A stretch of 64,000 nucleotides of DNA from Squalus acanthias. Lineage: Eukaryota. Of this stretch, positions 48,153 through 60,681 are shown in pieces (position 1 is the stretch's first letter; each line of letters begins with the position of its first letter). The notes beneath the pieces were generated by a model, which saw only the letters and a program-made list of their open reading frames with translations, had not been told where the DNA came from and searched no databases. The stretch is taken from the NCBI GenBank assembly GCA_030390025.1, contig JASTWF010000070.1, forward strand, positions 434,001 to 498,000, given 5' to 3'. The position numbers and the translations under genes were made by a program.

Positions 48153-48402
48153 ATAGGTTCGAGGGGCTGAATGGCCACTTCCTGTTTCTATGTGACAGGC
48201 TCGAGGGGCTGAATGGCCTCCTCCTGTTCCTGTGTAACAGGCTCGAGGGGCTGAATGGCCTCCTCCTGTTCCTGTGTGACAGGTTCCAGGGGCTGAATGG
48301 GCCTCCTCTTGTTCCTGTGTAACAGACTCGAGGGGCTGAATGGGCCTCCTCCTGTTCCTGTGTAACAGGTTCTAGGGGGTGAATGGTCTCCTCCTGTTCC
48401 TG
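48153..48402 (+). repeat. ~42-bp x ~6 tandem repeat of a CR1 3-prime end
   Basis: Repeated AGGCTCGAGGGGCTGAATGGCCTCCTCCTGTTCCTGTGTAAC. Confidence 0.88.
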
Positions 48403-49539
48403 GGATCCTAACTGGGAAAATAAGGTACACGATTCTCTACCTGAACTATGGGTTGTGTTGATTCTGAGGCAGTCGCTTATGTAGCACTGTTAACGTCTGT
48501 CGTGCGGATTATCTCACTGACCGTAACTGTACATGAACCGGCGGGAGGGGTGAGGTGGGAGGGGTACTGATTAGTAACGCCTATACTGAACTCACCCCCA
48601 GACTGAATTAAAATAGCGCCAAAGCATGTGTTGCTGGGAAATGCCAGGATGACCCCGCTCTGCTGGCTCTAGATCACATCTGGCTGAAGCTGTCAACATC
48701 TGAAAGCGAGCTGGCCGAACTGGTCACGTGTACCTGAATGTGATCTCCATGTAGTGCTTTGGAACTTTATACTAGGGAATCTTTTCCCCGGGAGAGCACT
48801 CTCTCTCTCGCCACAGACTCGCCACCCTCGCCCATTGATTCCACCCCCTTCACGGTCTCAATCGACCCAGACTGTTCGCAATCTCAGGGCCCTATTGCAC
48901 TCATATCTGAGTTCCCCGGCCCATGACCTGTCCGCCTCAAAGGCCGCCTACTTTCAACTCGCTAACCTTTCCTGCCTTCCCCGCGAACTCAGTCCACCTG
49001 CCGTTAAACCCTCATCCAAGCCTTTGTTACCTCCTAACGTGACTTGTCCAATGCTCGCGGCACCCCTACCTAAGACTCTTGGTAATCTGGACCTCATCCA
49101 AAACTCTTCCGCCCGCAGCCCATCCCCCACAGTTCCCACTCACTCACCATCCACGGTCTTGCTGAACTGCAGGGACTCCTCATCCCCCATGGCCCCCAAT
49201 TAAAAATTGTCATCCCCTTGTTCAAATCCGTTCATGCCTTCGCCATTCCCGATCTCTGTAACCCCCTCCATCCCTATCTACCCCAGCTCTATGTGCCCTC
49301 GAATCTGGCACTAGAGACGGTGCAATAAAATATTTACAAGGATGATAAAGAACTGAGAGGTTATAACTATCAGGAAATATTGACCAGTCTGGAGCTCTTT
49401 TATATCGAAACGAGAAGGCTGGGGGTGACCTGATAGAGGTCTTTAAGATTATGAATGGGTTTGATAGGGTAGACGTAGAGAAGATGCTACCACTTGTTGT
49501 GAAGACGCAGAACTAGGGGCCATCAATTCAAGAGAGTCA

Positions 49540-50920
49540 CTACTGTGGTAGGTAAAATTTTGGAGTCCATTATTAAGGAAACAGTAACAGGACATTTGGA
49601 TAATCATAATTTAATAGGACAAAGTCAGCATGGTTTTACGAAGGGGAAGTCATGTTTGACAAATTTGCTGGAGTTCTTTGAGGAAGTAACATATAGAGTG
49701 GATAAAGGGGAACCAGTGGACGTAGTGTATTTAGACTTCCAAAAGGCATTTCACAAGGTGCCACACAAAATATTATTGCTTAAGGTAAAAAATCACGGGA
49801 TTGGGGGTAATATGCTGGCATGGATAGAGGATTGGCTATCTAACAGAAAGCAAAGAGTTGGGATAAATGGTTCATTCTCAGACTGGCAATCAGTAACTAG
49901 TGGTGTTCCACAGGGGTCAGTGCTGGGTCCCCAACTCTTTACAATCTATATTAACGATTTGGAGGAAGGGACCAAGTGTAACATATCAAAATTTGCAGAT
50001 GATACAAAGATGGGAGGGAAAGTAGTGAGTGAGGAGGACATAAAAAACCTGCAAGGGGACATAGACAGGCTAAGTAAGTGGGCAGAGATTTGGCAGATGG
50101 AATACAACACTGGAAAGTGTGAGGTGATGCACTTTGGCAGGAAAAATCCTAGAGCAATTTATTATCTTAATGGCAAGAAACTGGAGAGTACTGAAGTGCA
50201 AAGGGATCTGGGGGTCCTGGTGCACGAAACTCAAAAGGTTAGTATGCAGGTGCAGCAAGTGATTAAGAAGGCAAATGGAATGTTGGCTTTCATTGCTAGG
50301 GGGATAGAATATAAAAATAGGGAGGTATTGCTTCAGTTGTACAAGGTATTGGTGAGACCGCACCTGGAATACTGCATACAGTTTTGTGTCCTTACTTAAG
50401 GAAAGACATCCTTGCTCTCGAGGCAGTGCAAAAAAGGTTCACTCGGTTAATCCCGGGGATGAGGGGGTGGTCATATGAGGAGAGGTTGGGTAGATTGGGA
50501 CTCTACTCATTGGAGTTCAGAAGAATGAGAGGCGATCTTATTGAAACATATAAGATTGTGAAGGGGTTGGATCGGGTGGATGCGGGGAGGATGTTCCCGA
50601 TGACGGGTGAGACTAGAACTAGGGGACATAGTCTTAGAATAAGGGGCTGCTCTTGCAAAACTGAGATGAGGAGGAACTACTTCACTCAGAGGGTGGTAGG
50701 TCCATGGAATATGCTGCCACAAAAAGCTGTAGAAGCTACATCATTAAATAAATTTAAAACAGAAATAGACAGTTTCCTAGAAGTAAAGGGCATTAAGGGT
50801 TACGGGAAGCGGGCAGGAATTTGGACATGAGTCTAGGTTCGGATCGGTCATGGCCCTGTGGGTAGTGGAGCGGGCCCAGGGACCGTGTAGCCTGATTCTG
50901 CTCCTATTTCGTGTGTGCAA
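49540..50920 (+). mobile_element. CR1 LINE fragment
   Basis: ORFs 49545-50399 and 50384-50830 carry RT motifs, one frameshift. Confidence 0.93.
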
Positions 50921-51699
50921 TTCTGTTAGATGCAGGAGATGGTTCTGTGATAGATAGTAGATTGGCGGTTAGGATCAGATCAGCCATGATCTTATTGAAT
51001 GGCGGAGCAGGCTCGAGGGGTCGATTGGCCTACTCCTGCTCCTATTTCTTATGTTCTTATGTAAATCCAATGGCGAATTCAGGGGAAACTTATTTACCCA
51101 GAGAGTTGTGAGAATGTGGAACTCGCTAACACAGGGAGTGGTTGAGGCGAATAGTATAGATGCATTTAAGGGGAAGCTAGATAAACACATGAGGGAGAAG
51201 GGAATAGAGGGTTATGCTGATAGTGTTAGATGATGAAGGATGAGAGGAGGCTCGAGTGGAGCATAAACACTGGCATAGACCAGTTGGGCTGAAAGGCCTG
51301 TTTGTGCTGTACATTCTATGTAATCCACTCAATGTCCCTTTAAGTGCTGAGTAAAGACGGACCACTTTAATCTCGTGGCAGCATTTCATGTTTATTAAGA
51401 GCTGTGTTACACAAGTTCCCAATCAAAATATGGTTACCGAATAAAGGGAAATCTTTCTCATTCTACAAACAGCGAAATTTTACACGCAAGATATTGCGTA
51501 CAATTGTACAGAAAGTTCCATCTCACAAAGCTGGACAATCATTTCGTTCCCTTCTAATATTACATAACATTCGGGTTGTTTGCCAAAAATTGACATTGCT
51601 ACAGCGATTACATTGCATAAAAAGGCTGATTGCACACATCGACTGATCTGTTTCATTACATTAAACACTAGCAAAAATCCGCTGCCAACTCGTACCGCC

Positions 51700-54600
51700 T
51701 CAGTCGGAACACGAGGAGGCGCTGATGGTCTTAAGAAGAGGCGAGCTCAGGGAGCCGTGGCTGAGGTTGCAGGAATAGCTGGAGCCCTTGTTTCAGGCGG
51801 CGGCGGGGACTCTCAGGTAACTGCTCAGGCTGTAGGTTTGATCGCTGTCAGGGGACACGGCGCCTGTCGTCACCCTGCTGTCTGTCTCTTGGCCATCCAC
51901 GCTCCAGCGGAGCTGCACCAAGCCCGGCTTAAAGCGACTCACCAGGCAGGATAGAGTGGCCGAACCCGAGCCGATTTCTTCCGAGGAGGGAGGGGCTTCG
52001 ATCCTCGCTGCCTGTGTGTGGGGGGAGTGAAAATTCATAAGTTTATGGAATCCGTCAGCAGTGGGACGCTCTGATCTGAAATCAAAGACGCCAAAGAACC
52101 CCGAACAACATTCACTTTATAATAAATTACTGATTAATACAGGATTTCCAATAAATTCTTAAATCTCTAATTCCTCTGCTCCTCTGCCAATTCTTTTCCC
52201 TACATTACAACAGTGACTTGGTTCAAAAGTATTTCATTGGCTGTTAAGCGTTTTGGGACGTCCTGAGGTCGTGAAAGGAGATTTTTAAAAGCAAATTCTT
52301 TCTTTCTTTGTTTCTATCCTTCTTTCCTTTTTTTTCTTTCTTTCGTCCCTTCTTCGTTTTCTTCTTTCTTTCTCCCTTGTTAAATAATAATAGAAAATGC
52401 TGGAAATACAGACCGGGTCAGTCAACATCTGTGAGCCGCGAAGATCAGTAATGGCCAGTTCAGGTGTAGGTTACAACCCCGGAACTGTCTGTTCCCGTTA
52501 CAGACACTGACCGTGTGTTCCCAGCATTTTCTGTTTTTATTACATTTTCTATAATTCCAGTTTTTTCCTTTTTACTTGAATATAATAAAGCGTTTGATTG
52601 CCTTAAAATGCAGTCAGTGTTAACTTTAAAGTGGTCAAGTCAAGGAGCTGTGACCGGCTTCTCACCGAGAGTCCACATAGGTTCTGATATCTCAAACTGA
52701 TGCAGCCCATTCAAAGAGCCGCCACAGGCACGATGGGCCGAATGGCCTCCTTCTGTGCTGTATCATTCGATAAGAGTCCGGAAGTTTTTTTTACAATTCA
52801 TCTATTTTTAGAATTGAGTGTTAGAAACTGTTCGGCTTTAAATTTTGCGGCAATGATAATTGAGCCGGGTCTGTTACCGGGTATTGAAGAGCTCACTGAA
52901 TAAAGAGAGGACATTGTACACGGGCTGGGAATTAATGTAGTGACTGCCCAACAATATTGTAAATGGTTTACACAGAATACCATAGAATATACAGCACAGA
53001 AAGAGTTCATTCGGACCAACCAGTCCATGCCGGCGTTTATGCTCCACTCGAGCCTCCTCCCATATTTTACTCTATCAGCATAACCCTCTATTCCCTTCTC
53101 CCTCATGTGTTTATCTAGCCTCCCCTGAATTGCAACTATGCTATTCGCCTCAACCACTCCCTGTGGTAGCGACTTCCACATTCTCACCACTCTCTGGGCA
53201 ACGAAGTTTCTGCTGAATTCCCTATTAGATTTCTTGGTGACTGCCTTATATTGATGGCCTCTTGTTTTGCTCTTCACAACAAGTGGGAACACTAATAGAA
53301 AAGCAAAATGCTGCGGATGCTGGAAATCTGGAAAAAAAAGCGGAAAATGCTGGAAATACTCAGCTGGTGAGGCAGCTTCTGTGGAGAGAGAAACAGAGTT
53401 AGCGTTTCAGGTCGATAATCCTTTGTCAGCACTGGAAAAAGTTGGAGATGGAGCAGGTTTTTAAGCAAATGTCGGGGCAGGGAAAGGGGGGAGGGGAGGA
53501 AAGAACAAAAGGGAAGGTCTGTGAAGGGGGGAAGGCAGGAGAGATTAAGAGACAAAAGGAATGATGGTGCGAGGCAAGAGGAGATGGTAATGGGACAAGT
53601 TAAGAAACATAAGATGACTCCAGATGAAGTGCAAATGGTCTCTGTGTCTACTCTATCAAAAGATTTCATCATTTTAAAGACCTCTATTAGGTCACCTCTC
53701 AGCCTTCTCTTTCCCCGGTTTGATGAAGGGTTTACACTGTTCGATATTTCTAGTGAAAGGGGGAACAAGGGTTGTAAAAGATTCTCGCTACTGAGAAAAG
53801 TAAGTATTCCTCCCCGCGCGGATGAACTGATTTCTCTCTCGGGATCAGCTCAGTCTCGCCGTCCGGGAGCGATCCGTTCAACACTGGGCGATAGAGGGAC
53901 CCGACAGATCAACCCAGGAGAATCGGCGCTATCCCCGGGGGGACACTGGACAGTGAGAGTCTGCAGACACGGCCTAGGGGAGGGGAGAGGGTCAGCAGCG
54001 AGAGAATGAGATGGAGAGAAAGTTCCCTTCAACAAGCATCACCCAGTCTCAATCACACACACGGGGCTGGTCAGTAATTGTCACTGCGCCGCTCCATGGT
54101 AAAGCGGCGGTTCTGCTCCATAAACAGCGGGGACATTGCGAATAATAAACTCAGACAGATTAAATATCGCAGCATGAAATTCAGAATAAAACCGGACTCG
54201 TCGAACGAATACAATCCCGACTAGTCCCGGTGTTGCTGGCGACAGGGAGTCGATCCAACCGGTTGTGTGCTGGGACAGCGGGTCTCGGGAGGGTCCTCTC
54301 TCTCTCCCAGCCCAGAGCCGGACACCCGACGGCTGCGGTCAGGGGGACAATACGCCACAGGAATAAAACCAGCAGCAACATTGAAAGTTGCAAATGACGG
54401 TAAATATGGGATTCCCCCGGGGTCTCTCCCGCGGGCTCCGGGCAATATTTTTAAAATCGGGCGGTGCCCACTCTGGACAATAGGAATAATTCTACATGCA
54501 CTAAGGGAATAAGTAAGGAATAGCGTAGAATCATACAGCACAGAAGGAGGCCATTCGGCCCATCCTGCCAGTGCTGGCTGTTTGAAAGAGCTCTCCAATT

Positions 54601-55930
54601 AGTCCCACAAGCCTGCTCTTTCCCCACAGCCCTGCAATTTTCTCCTGATCAAGTCTCAGTGTAACATAGTGACATATTCAGTGTCCACTGTCAGAACTTC
54701 ACAGTCTAGCTCAAAACTTTCCTCTCTCTGTCTCTTGCCGCACCCGAATGATACCGGGGCTTAGAGGGTTAAATTACGAGAACGGGTTGCATAAACTTAG
54801 CTTGTATTCCCTTGAGTTTAGAAGATTCAGGGGTGATCTGATCGAGGTGTTTAAAATGTGAAAATGGATTCGATCAGGAAAACACAAGGAAACAATTTCC
54901 TCCGGTGAGGAAACCAAGAACCAGGGGGCATCAACTTAAAATTAGAGCCCGGCCATTTAAGTGGGAATCTCTGTTTAACAACTCGCTGCGTAAAAAGAAC
55001 ACTGTTTACATTAATTCATGATTTCACAGCATTTATCCAATTCCCTTTTGAAAGTTACTATTGAATCTGCTTCCACCGCCCTTTCAGGCAGCGCATTCCA
55101 GATCACAACAACACGCTGCGGAAAAAGAACACTTCTCCTCATCTCCCCTATGGAATGGGAGCAGGAAATGGTGTCAAACTTCATTTCAGCGCAGTATTAT
55201 TCCTCGAGGCACTTCAACAATTCCACTTCTGACCAGTTTAACATTTTTCTGGGTATAAATAGATCAAACATCAAAATTCACTGAATGGAGATTTCTCTGG
55301 CGCCCGGGAATGAAAGCGACTGTAAATTAATAATAATTGAAACAATGTGAATGATAGAATGAGAGAGTCACTTACTCTTTATACTCAGGACGGTCCCCGG
55401 TCCGAAGCTGTATTCCGTGTCCCACACAGCACAGTAATAGACGGCGGAGTCACCGGGCACCAGGGTTCCGATGGTCAGAATGTAACTGTTACCGGAGGCG
55501 TCTCTGGAAGGTTGGAAACGGTCAGTGAAGCCGGTGCCTCGGTAGATGGTGCCACTGGTACCGTGATAGATCACCCACACCGGAACTTCCCCGGGTCGCT
55601 GTCGTTACCAGTCCACGTAATAGCTTCCCACAGCCCCGTTCTCCATCGCACACTGTAACCGGGCGGTCTGGCCCGCGGAGACAGGATCGGATATTGGGGA
55701 CTGATTGAGGACGGGAGCCGCCATGGCACCTTCAATAAAAGAAACAAACTCAACCCATTTAGTAAATTGGATCAAATAGGACGTTAATGCTTCAAAAAAA
55801 CGTGGAGAAAACGGCCCGAATCTCGGTATTGAACCGATTTAGTTGCGGATAAACCCGTGATTAAAACCCTCCGTCTTTCACCTGTTAAATGGATCAGCAG
55901 AGCCCTCAGGAAATGCATCGCTGGAGCCAT
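51700..55930 (-). pseudogene. IGL: Ig lambda germline-joined light chain pseudogene (gene 2); leader 55882-55930, VJ 55376-55729, C 51700-52011
   Basis: Paralog of gene 1. Lesions: TAA at 55605-55607 replacing the Tyr of the WY motif, a 17-nt frameshifting deletion near the start of C, and a TGG>TGA stop at 51793-51795. Confidence 0.92.
53295..53640. mobile_element. Penelope-like element terminal fragment
   Basis: GCTGCGGATGCTGGAAATCTG..GAGAGAGAAACAGAGTT..CGTTTCAGGTC, resembling a common shark PLE terminus. Confidence 0.55.
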
Positions 55931-56045
55931 TTCCTCCGTAGAAGCGCCAACAGCCGCCGCTCAAATTTCCGATTGAACCGGCCGCTGTTCCTGTAAACTC
56001 CGGGACCCGGTCCGGTTACACTGTCTGCAAACCGGAGACTCCGGG

Positions 56046-56070
56046 TCTATTTATTACCCGGTATGCAAAT
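56046..56070 (-). promoter_or_regulatory. Octamer promoter of Ig lambda gene 2
   Basis: ATTTGCAT on minus at 56063-56070, same spacing as gene 1. Confidence 0.8.
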
Positions 56071-57789
56071 CGTGGGAGGGGCCAGGAAAAGGATGACGGC
56101 TGATTTTTATTTCGAGGTTTTTAAAAATCTATTTGTGGCTGATTAAAGTATTAAAATCTAAAACCTTTAATTTACAAATGGAGTTTCTGTTAAGGGATGG
56201 TTCCAAGATTTCGAAGATTTTTGCGTTTAATCAAGATTCAGTCTGTGTTCTACCGCAGAAGAATAACGGGTGGATTCTAGACTTACGGATCAGCTGAGAA
56301 TATTCCTGAGGCGGACTAAAGAGCCAATAGATGAATGAGAAACAGGGGAAGAAAGCGACATTTTACACTAAGCACCGGATTAAAGAGAAGTTGTTCTTTT
56401 CTAGTCTGAATCGCCCCCTTTAACACTCAGGAGGGAAAATAAAACGCGGCACAATATTAATAAAATGACACCTTGCCTTTAATTTGCTGCGGGTCCGATT
56501 AATGCGCGCAGTTCCCCTTTTAAACCCTGTTCCAGTTGAATTATTAAGCGGCGGGGTCAGTTGTTTCTGGGGCGCTGTGATGTTGAACATTTCCCCTGTT
56601 TGGAGTCAATCCCTAACTCCCCACACTGAGTCTTGGTTCATGTTTTTAAAAGTCAAATTTAAACTGGTTAGTGTCAGTTACCTGAGGGCGAAAGAAAAAT
56701 GCATTAAATTGTTGGTAATTGGGTTGTCTCCAGATATTAGCGTGAATGGAATAATATTTTTTGTTTAATAAATATCTGAATTGTATAACTGTGAAGTTAG
56801 TTATTCCTCTGCTCCTTGGAAAATCACACAGAGCGACCGGAGGGATTCTCGCCACCTGGAGTAGCCGGCACTGAATTCGGGCAGGGATTGGTTCTGACCT
56901 GGACAAGGGGCTTTTCGGTGATGCCCAGGTGCTTGGTTTTGTTTCTGAGCTTGAATTGATCACTGATTTCTCTGGTCTGTTAGAATTATTAAAGGGGCTT
57001 CGGAGCTGTGATTGGAGCTGCTCTCTCAAACTTGCATAGGGACCAAGAAGTTTGTCACTGCTGCCACCGACACGGCTGACTGGAGAACCATCATTGCAGA
57101 GCTCTGGCCACACAGCCCACTGCACCTTGGGAACTGTAGTTCCACCTTGGGCATTAGCCAAGATCAGCTCTACCTCACCATCACCTCTCTCGACCCCAAC
57201 ACTCTCTCTAAATTGTCACACTGCTTGTCCGACATCCAGGTTTCCCGCCTGAGAGCTTAAATATGGCGGCAGGAGCTGATGCAGTGGGTTAAGGTGGGGT
57301 TACCCCATTTTAAAATTTAAACACGTCCCCAGCCTCACCGGTCCATCTTATTCCCATCCAAGCCCCCAGTACATTTCCCGGATCCTATTGGGGTTCAGGA
57401 ATGAATTGCTCGCTCAATAAAGTATTCGAAGAGCACTATATGTAGTTTACACAGCACCAACAACAACCTGCATTTACACAGCGCCTTCAACATAGTACGA
57501 TGTCCCCAAGGCGCTTCTCAGAAGCGTTAATCAGACAACATTTGACACCGAGCCACATAAGAAGATATTAGGACAGGTGACCAAAAGCTTGGTGAAAGAG
57601 GTCGGTTTTAAGGAGGGTCTTAAAGGTGGAGAGTGCGGCAGAGAGGTTTAGCGAAGGGCTTGGGACAGATTGGGATCCACGCAGGTTCCCAACAGTTAAA
57701 ATGTGAAATGTTCTGAAATTTGCGGGGGAATAGAACAGTTGGAGCCCTTTAAGTGTCCTTTAGCACCTCCTGGATTGTCCTTTCGCTTT

Positions 57790-60630
57790 GGAGTCAAGGC
57801 CGGGACTTTGATTACCTGGCGGGTCTGGTGCGGCCGGGGTCCATGGCAGGTCGCGACCCCGCTGTTAGCTCCATCCCACTCTTGAAAATGAACTGACCTT
57901 AACGGGGCCTATTAAAGGCCGCCCAGCGTGTTGCCCGGCCCAATGAGATGGAGCGGGACTGGTCACGTCATTCATGACGCGTTTTCAGCCGGGATCTTTA
58001 AAGGGACTTTGGCCACATTACATTTGACATTTAATCTAACATAGTGCTGTCGTTGTACTACAGCATTGGAGTGCTGCAAACACTGACAATGACTGCATAG
58101 AGGCAGAGGGCTGCACCCAGGTTCTCCGATGACTCCCTCCATGTGCATATGTAGGGAGTCAGAACATGCAGGGAGGTCCTCTTCCCTTCTGATGGGCGGA
58201 AGAGATCACTCCAGGATACCAAGACAGCCTAGTTGAAGATTGCAGAGTAGGTCACACGCAGGGATGTGGTTAGGAGGACCTGGGTGCACTGTCGCTAACG
58301 TTCCAATGATCTCATTAGATCAGGAAAAGTTAATACAAAGTCCTATTCAACTGCATCTTGCTGTAACTCCAATCACATCCCCATCACTCTGCCTTCCCTA
58401 CCCTACTCCTGCACATCCTTACTCACACCAACAAACATTGCACCTCCGCCCATCCCTCTCTCTCTATCTACATGGTCACAACCCAATCTCACTAGCCACC
58501 CCTCTCACTCACCCTCATCCTAATACATTCATACCAACTAACAGCACATAAGGGTAGCCACTTGGATATTTCATCCAATGTTTATGTAAAGTTTTTGTTA
58601 ATGTGGTGTCAAATATAAAAGTCTGTATTTTCAACACTCTCCGGTCTTGGACAGCTGTATGTGCACCTTTAAAAGTGGTTAATGAGTTGCAGTGAATGGT
58701 GAGACATTACTCCCAGCAATGGTGATGAGTATGAACGGAATGGCTGGGTCATTGTAGGGATGCTTTATGGTGTTGCTGTGGGGTGGTGCCAACCGGGCGC
58801 ATCATGTGGCTGCCATATGGGTGTACAGCGTAAAGTTAACCAAATGCGGCCATAATGAGGCCATCCCTGGCCGACTGGGCAGCAATGTGGTCGGTGGCTG
58901 ATACCCTGTGTCCTGTGCAACATCAGGTGATTGTGGAGAAGTTTGGTGTTGTTGTTGGTGCTGCTGGTGTTGGGGCTCATCAGGGTCCGATTCTGAGGAC
59001 CAAGGTGAGACAGTATAAATGGCACCCATGTTGATGTAATAGATGGAAGGTGAAGTACAGATGACAGAAGCATTCTGTCAATGGTGAGAGAGTTCTTCCA
59101 ATGAGGTGACAATGGATGGAGACTTTGCTGGAAAGACTTGCAGCCTGCAGAATCTGTGCTGGGAATGGACTGAGCAACAGCTTCTGCCTGAGGAAAGTGA
59201 TCATCTGTCATGTGGGAGCTGTTAATGTACATTTCATACTCTCAAGTAATCAGCTGGATCAATGGTCACGGAACTCCCGCCTCAGGTTGACAGACGTGGT
59301 ACCCGAGCTGCGTGGACTTTTCAGAATGGCAGGCAGTGACCAGCGGGGTACCGCAGGGTTCGGTGCTGGGACCCCAGCTGTTTACATTATATATTAATGA
59401 TTTGGACGAAGGGATTAAATGTAATATCTCCAAATTTGCGGATGACACTAAATTGGGAGGCAGTGTGAACAATGAGGAGGATGCTAGGAGGCTACAGAGT
59501 GACTTGGACAGGTTGGGTGAATGGGCAAATGTATGGCAGATGAAGTACAATGTGGATAAATGTGAGGTTATCCACTTTGGTGGTAAAAATAGAGAGGCGG
59601 ACTATTACCTGAATGGTGGCAGATTAGGGAATGGGGAGGTGCAACGAGACCTGGGCGTCATGGTACATCAGTCACTGAAGGTGGGAATGCAAGTGCAGCA
59701 GGCAGTCAAGAAAGCAAACGGAATGATGGCCTTCATAGTAAGGGGATTTGAGTACAGGAGTAGGGAGGTGATGCTGCAGTTGTACAGGGCCTTGGTGAGG
59801 CCACACCTGGAGCATTGTGCGCAGTTTTGGTCTCCTAACTTAAGGAAGGACATTCTTGCTATTGAGGGAGTGCAGCGAAGGTTCACTAGATTGATTCCTG
59901 GGATGGCCGGACTGACATATCAAGAAAGATTGGGTCAACTGAACTTGTATCCTCTGGAGTTCAGAAGAATGAGGGGGGATCTTATAGAGACATTTAAAAT
60001 CCTGACTGGTTTAGACAAATTAGATGCGGGCAGAATGTTCCCAATGTTAGGGAAAACTAGAACCAGGGGTCACAGTCTAAGGATTAAGGGGAAGCCATTT
60101 AAGACTGAGCTGAGGAGGAACTTCTTCACCCAGAGAGTGGTGAATCTATGGAATTCTCTTCCACAGAAGGTTGTTGAGGCCAGTTCGCTAAATATATTCA
60201 AAAGGGAGTTAGATATAACACTCACAACTAGGGGGATCAAGGGGTATGGCGAGAAAGCAGGAATGGGGTACTGAGGTAGCATGTTCAGCCATGAACGCAT
60301 TGAATGGCGGTGCAGGCTCGAAGGACCGAATGGTCTACTCCTGTACGTATTTTCTATGTTTCTATGTTTCTATACTGTGGCCATGCAGGGAAATTTGAAA
60401 AATGTAAGTGAAAAAGTGGTTTTACGTGCCTGTAAACTACCTGATAATCATCTCAATTGGGTTCCCTGCCGCTGCTGGTCGGGTCGGATCCGCGATGACA
60501 GACGCGCCTTGGGGGAATGGCGTGTAGGGGCGAAATGACAGCGGGATCCTGACCCGCTATCAAAAATAATAAAATTCCCACACGACCCGCCACCGAACTC
60601 GCCCGCTATCAGCACCGAAAATTCCGGCTA
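57790..60630 (+). mobile_element. Decayed Harbinger-like element with Myb/SANT (NAIF1-like) ORF relic at 58089-58330, interrupted by a CR1
   Basis: RAAPRFSDDSL..REVLFPSDGRK..TKTA*LKIAE*V..RRTWVHCR*RSNDL; boundaries approximate. Confidence 0.6.
59290..60372 (+). mobile_element. Young CR1 LINE 3-prime fragment with uninterrupted 320-aa RT/C-terminal ORF
   Basis: ORF 59312-60274: [27 protein letters not shown]. Confidence 0.93.
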
Positions 60631-60681
60631 GGTCTGCACCTAGTTCGAACCGACTCCAACCGAAAGTCTAACTGCACTCTT

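Noticed and set aside
48153-48402. CRISPR-like array
   Set aside because: Contiguous tandem units without unique spacers, in vertebrate DNA
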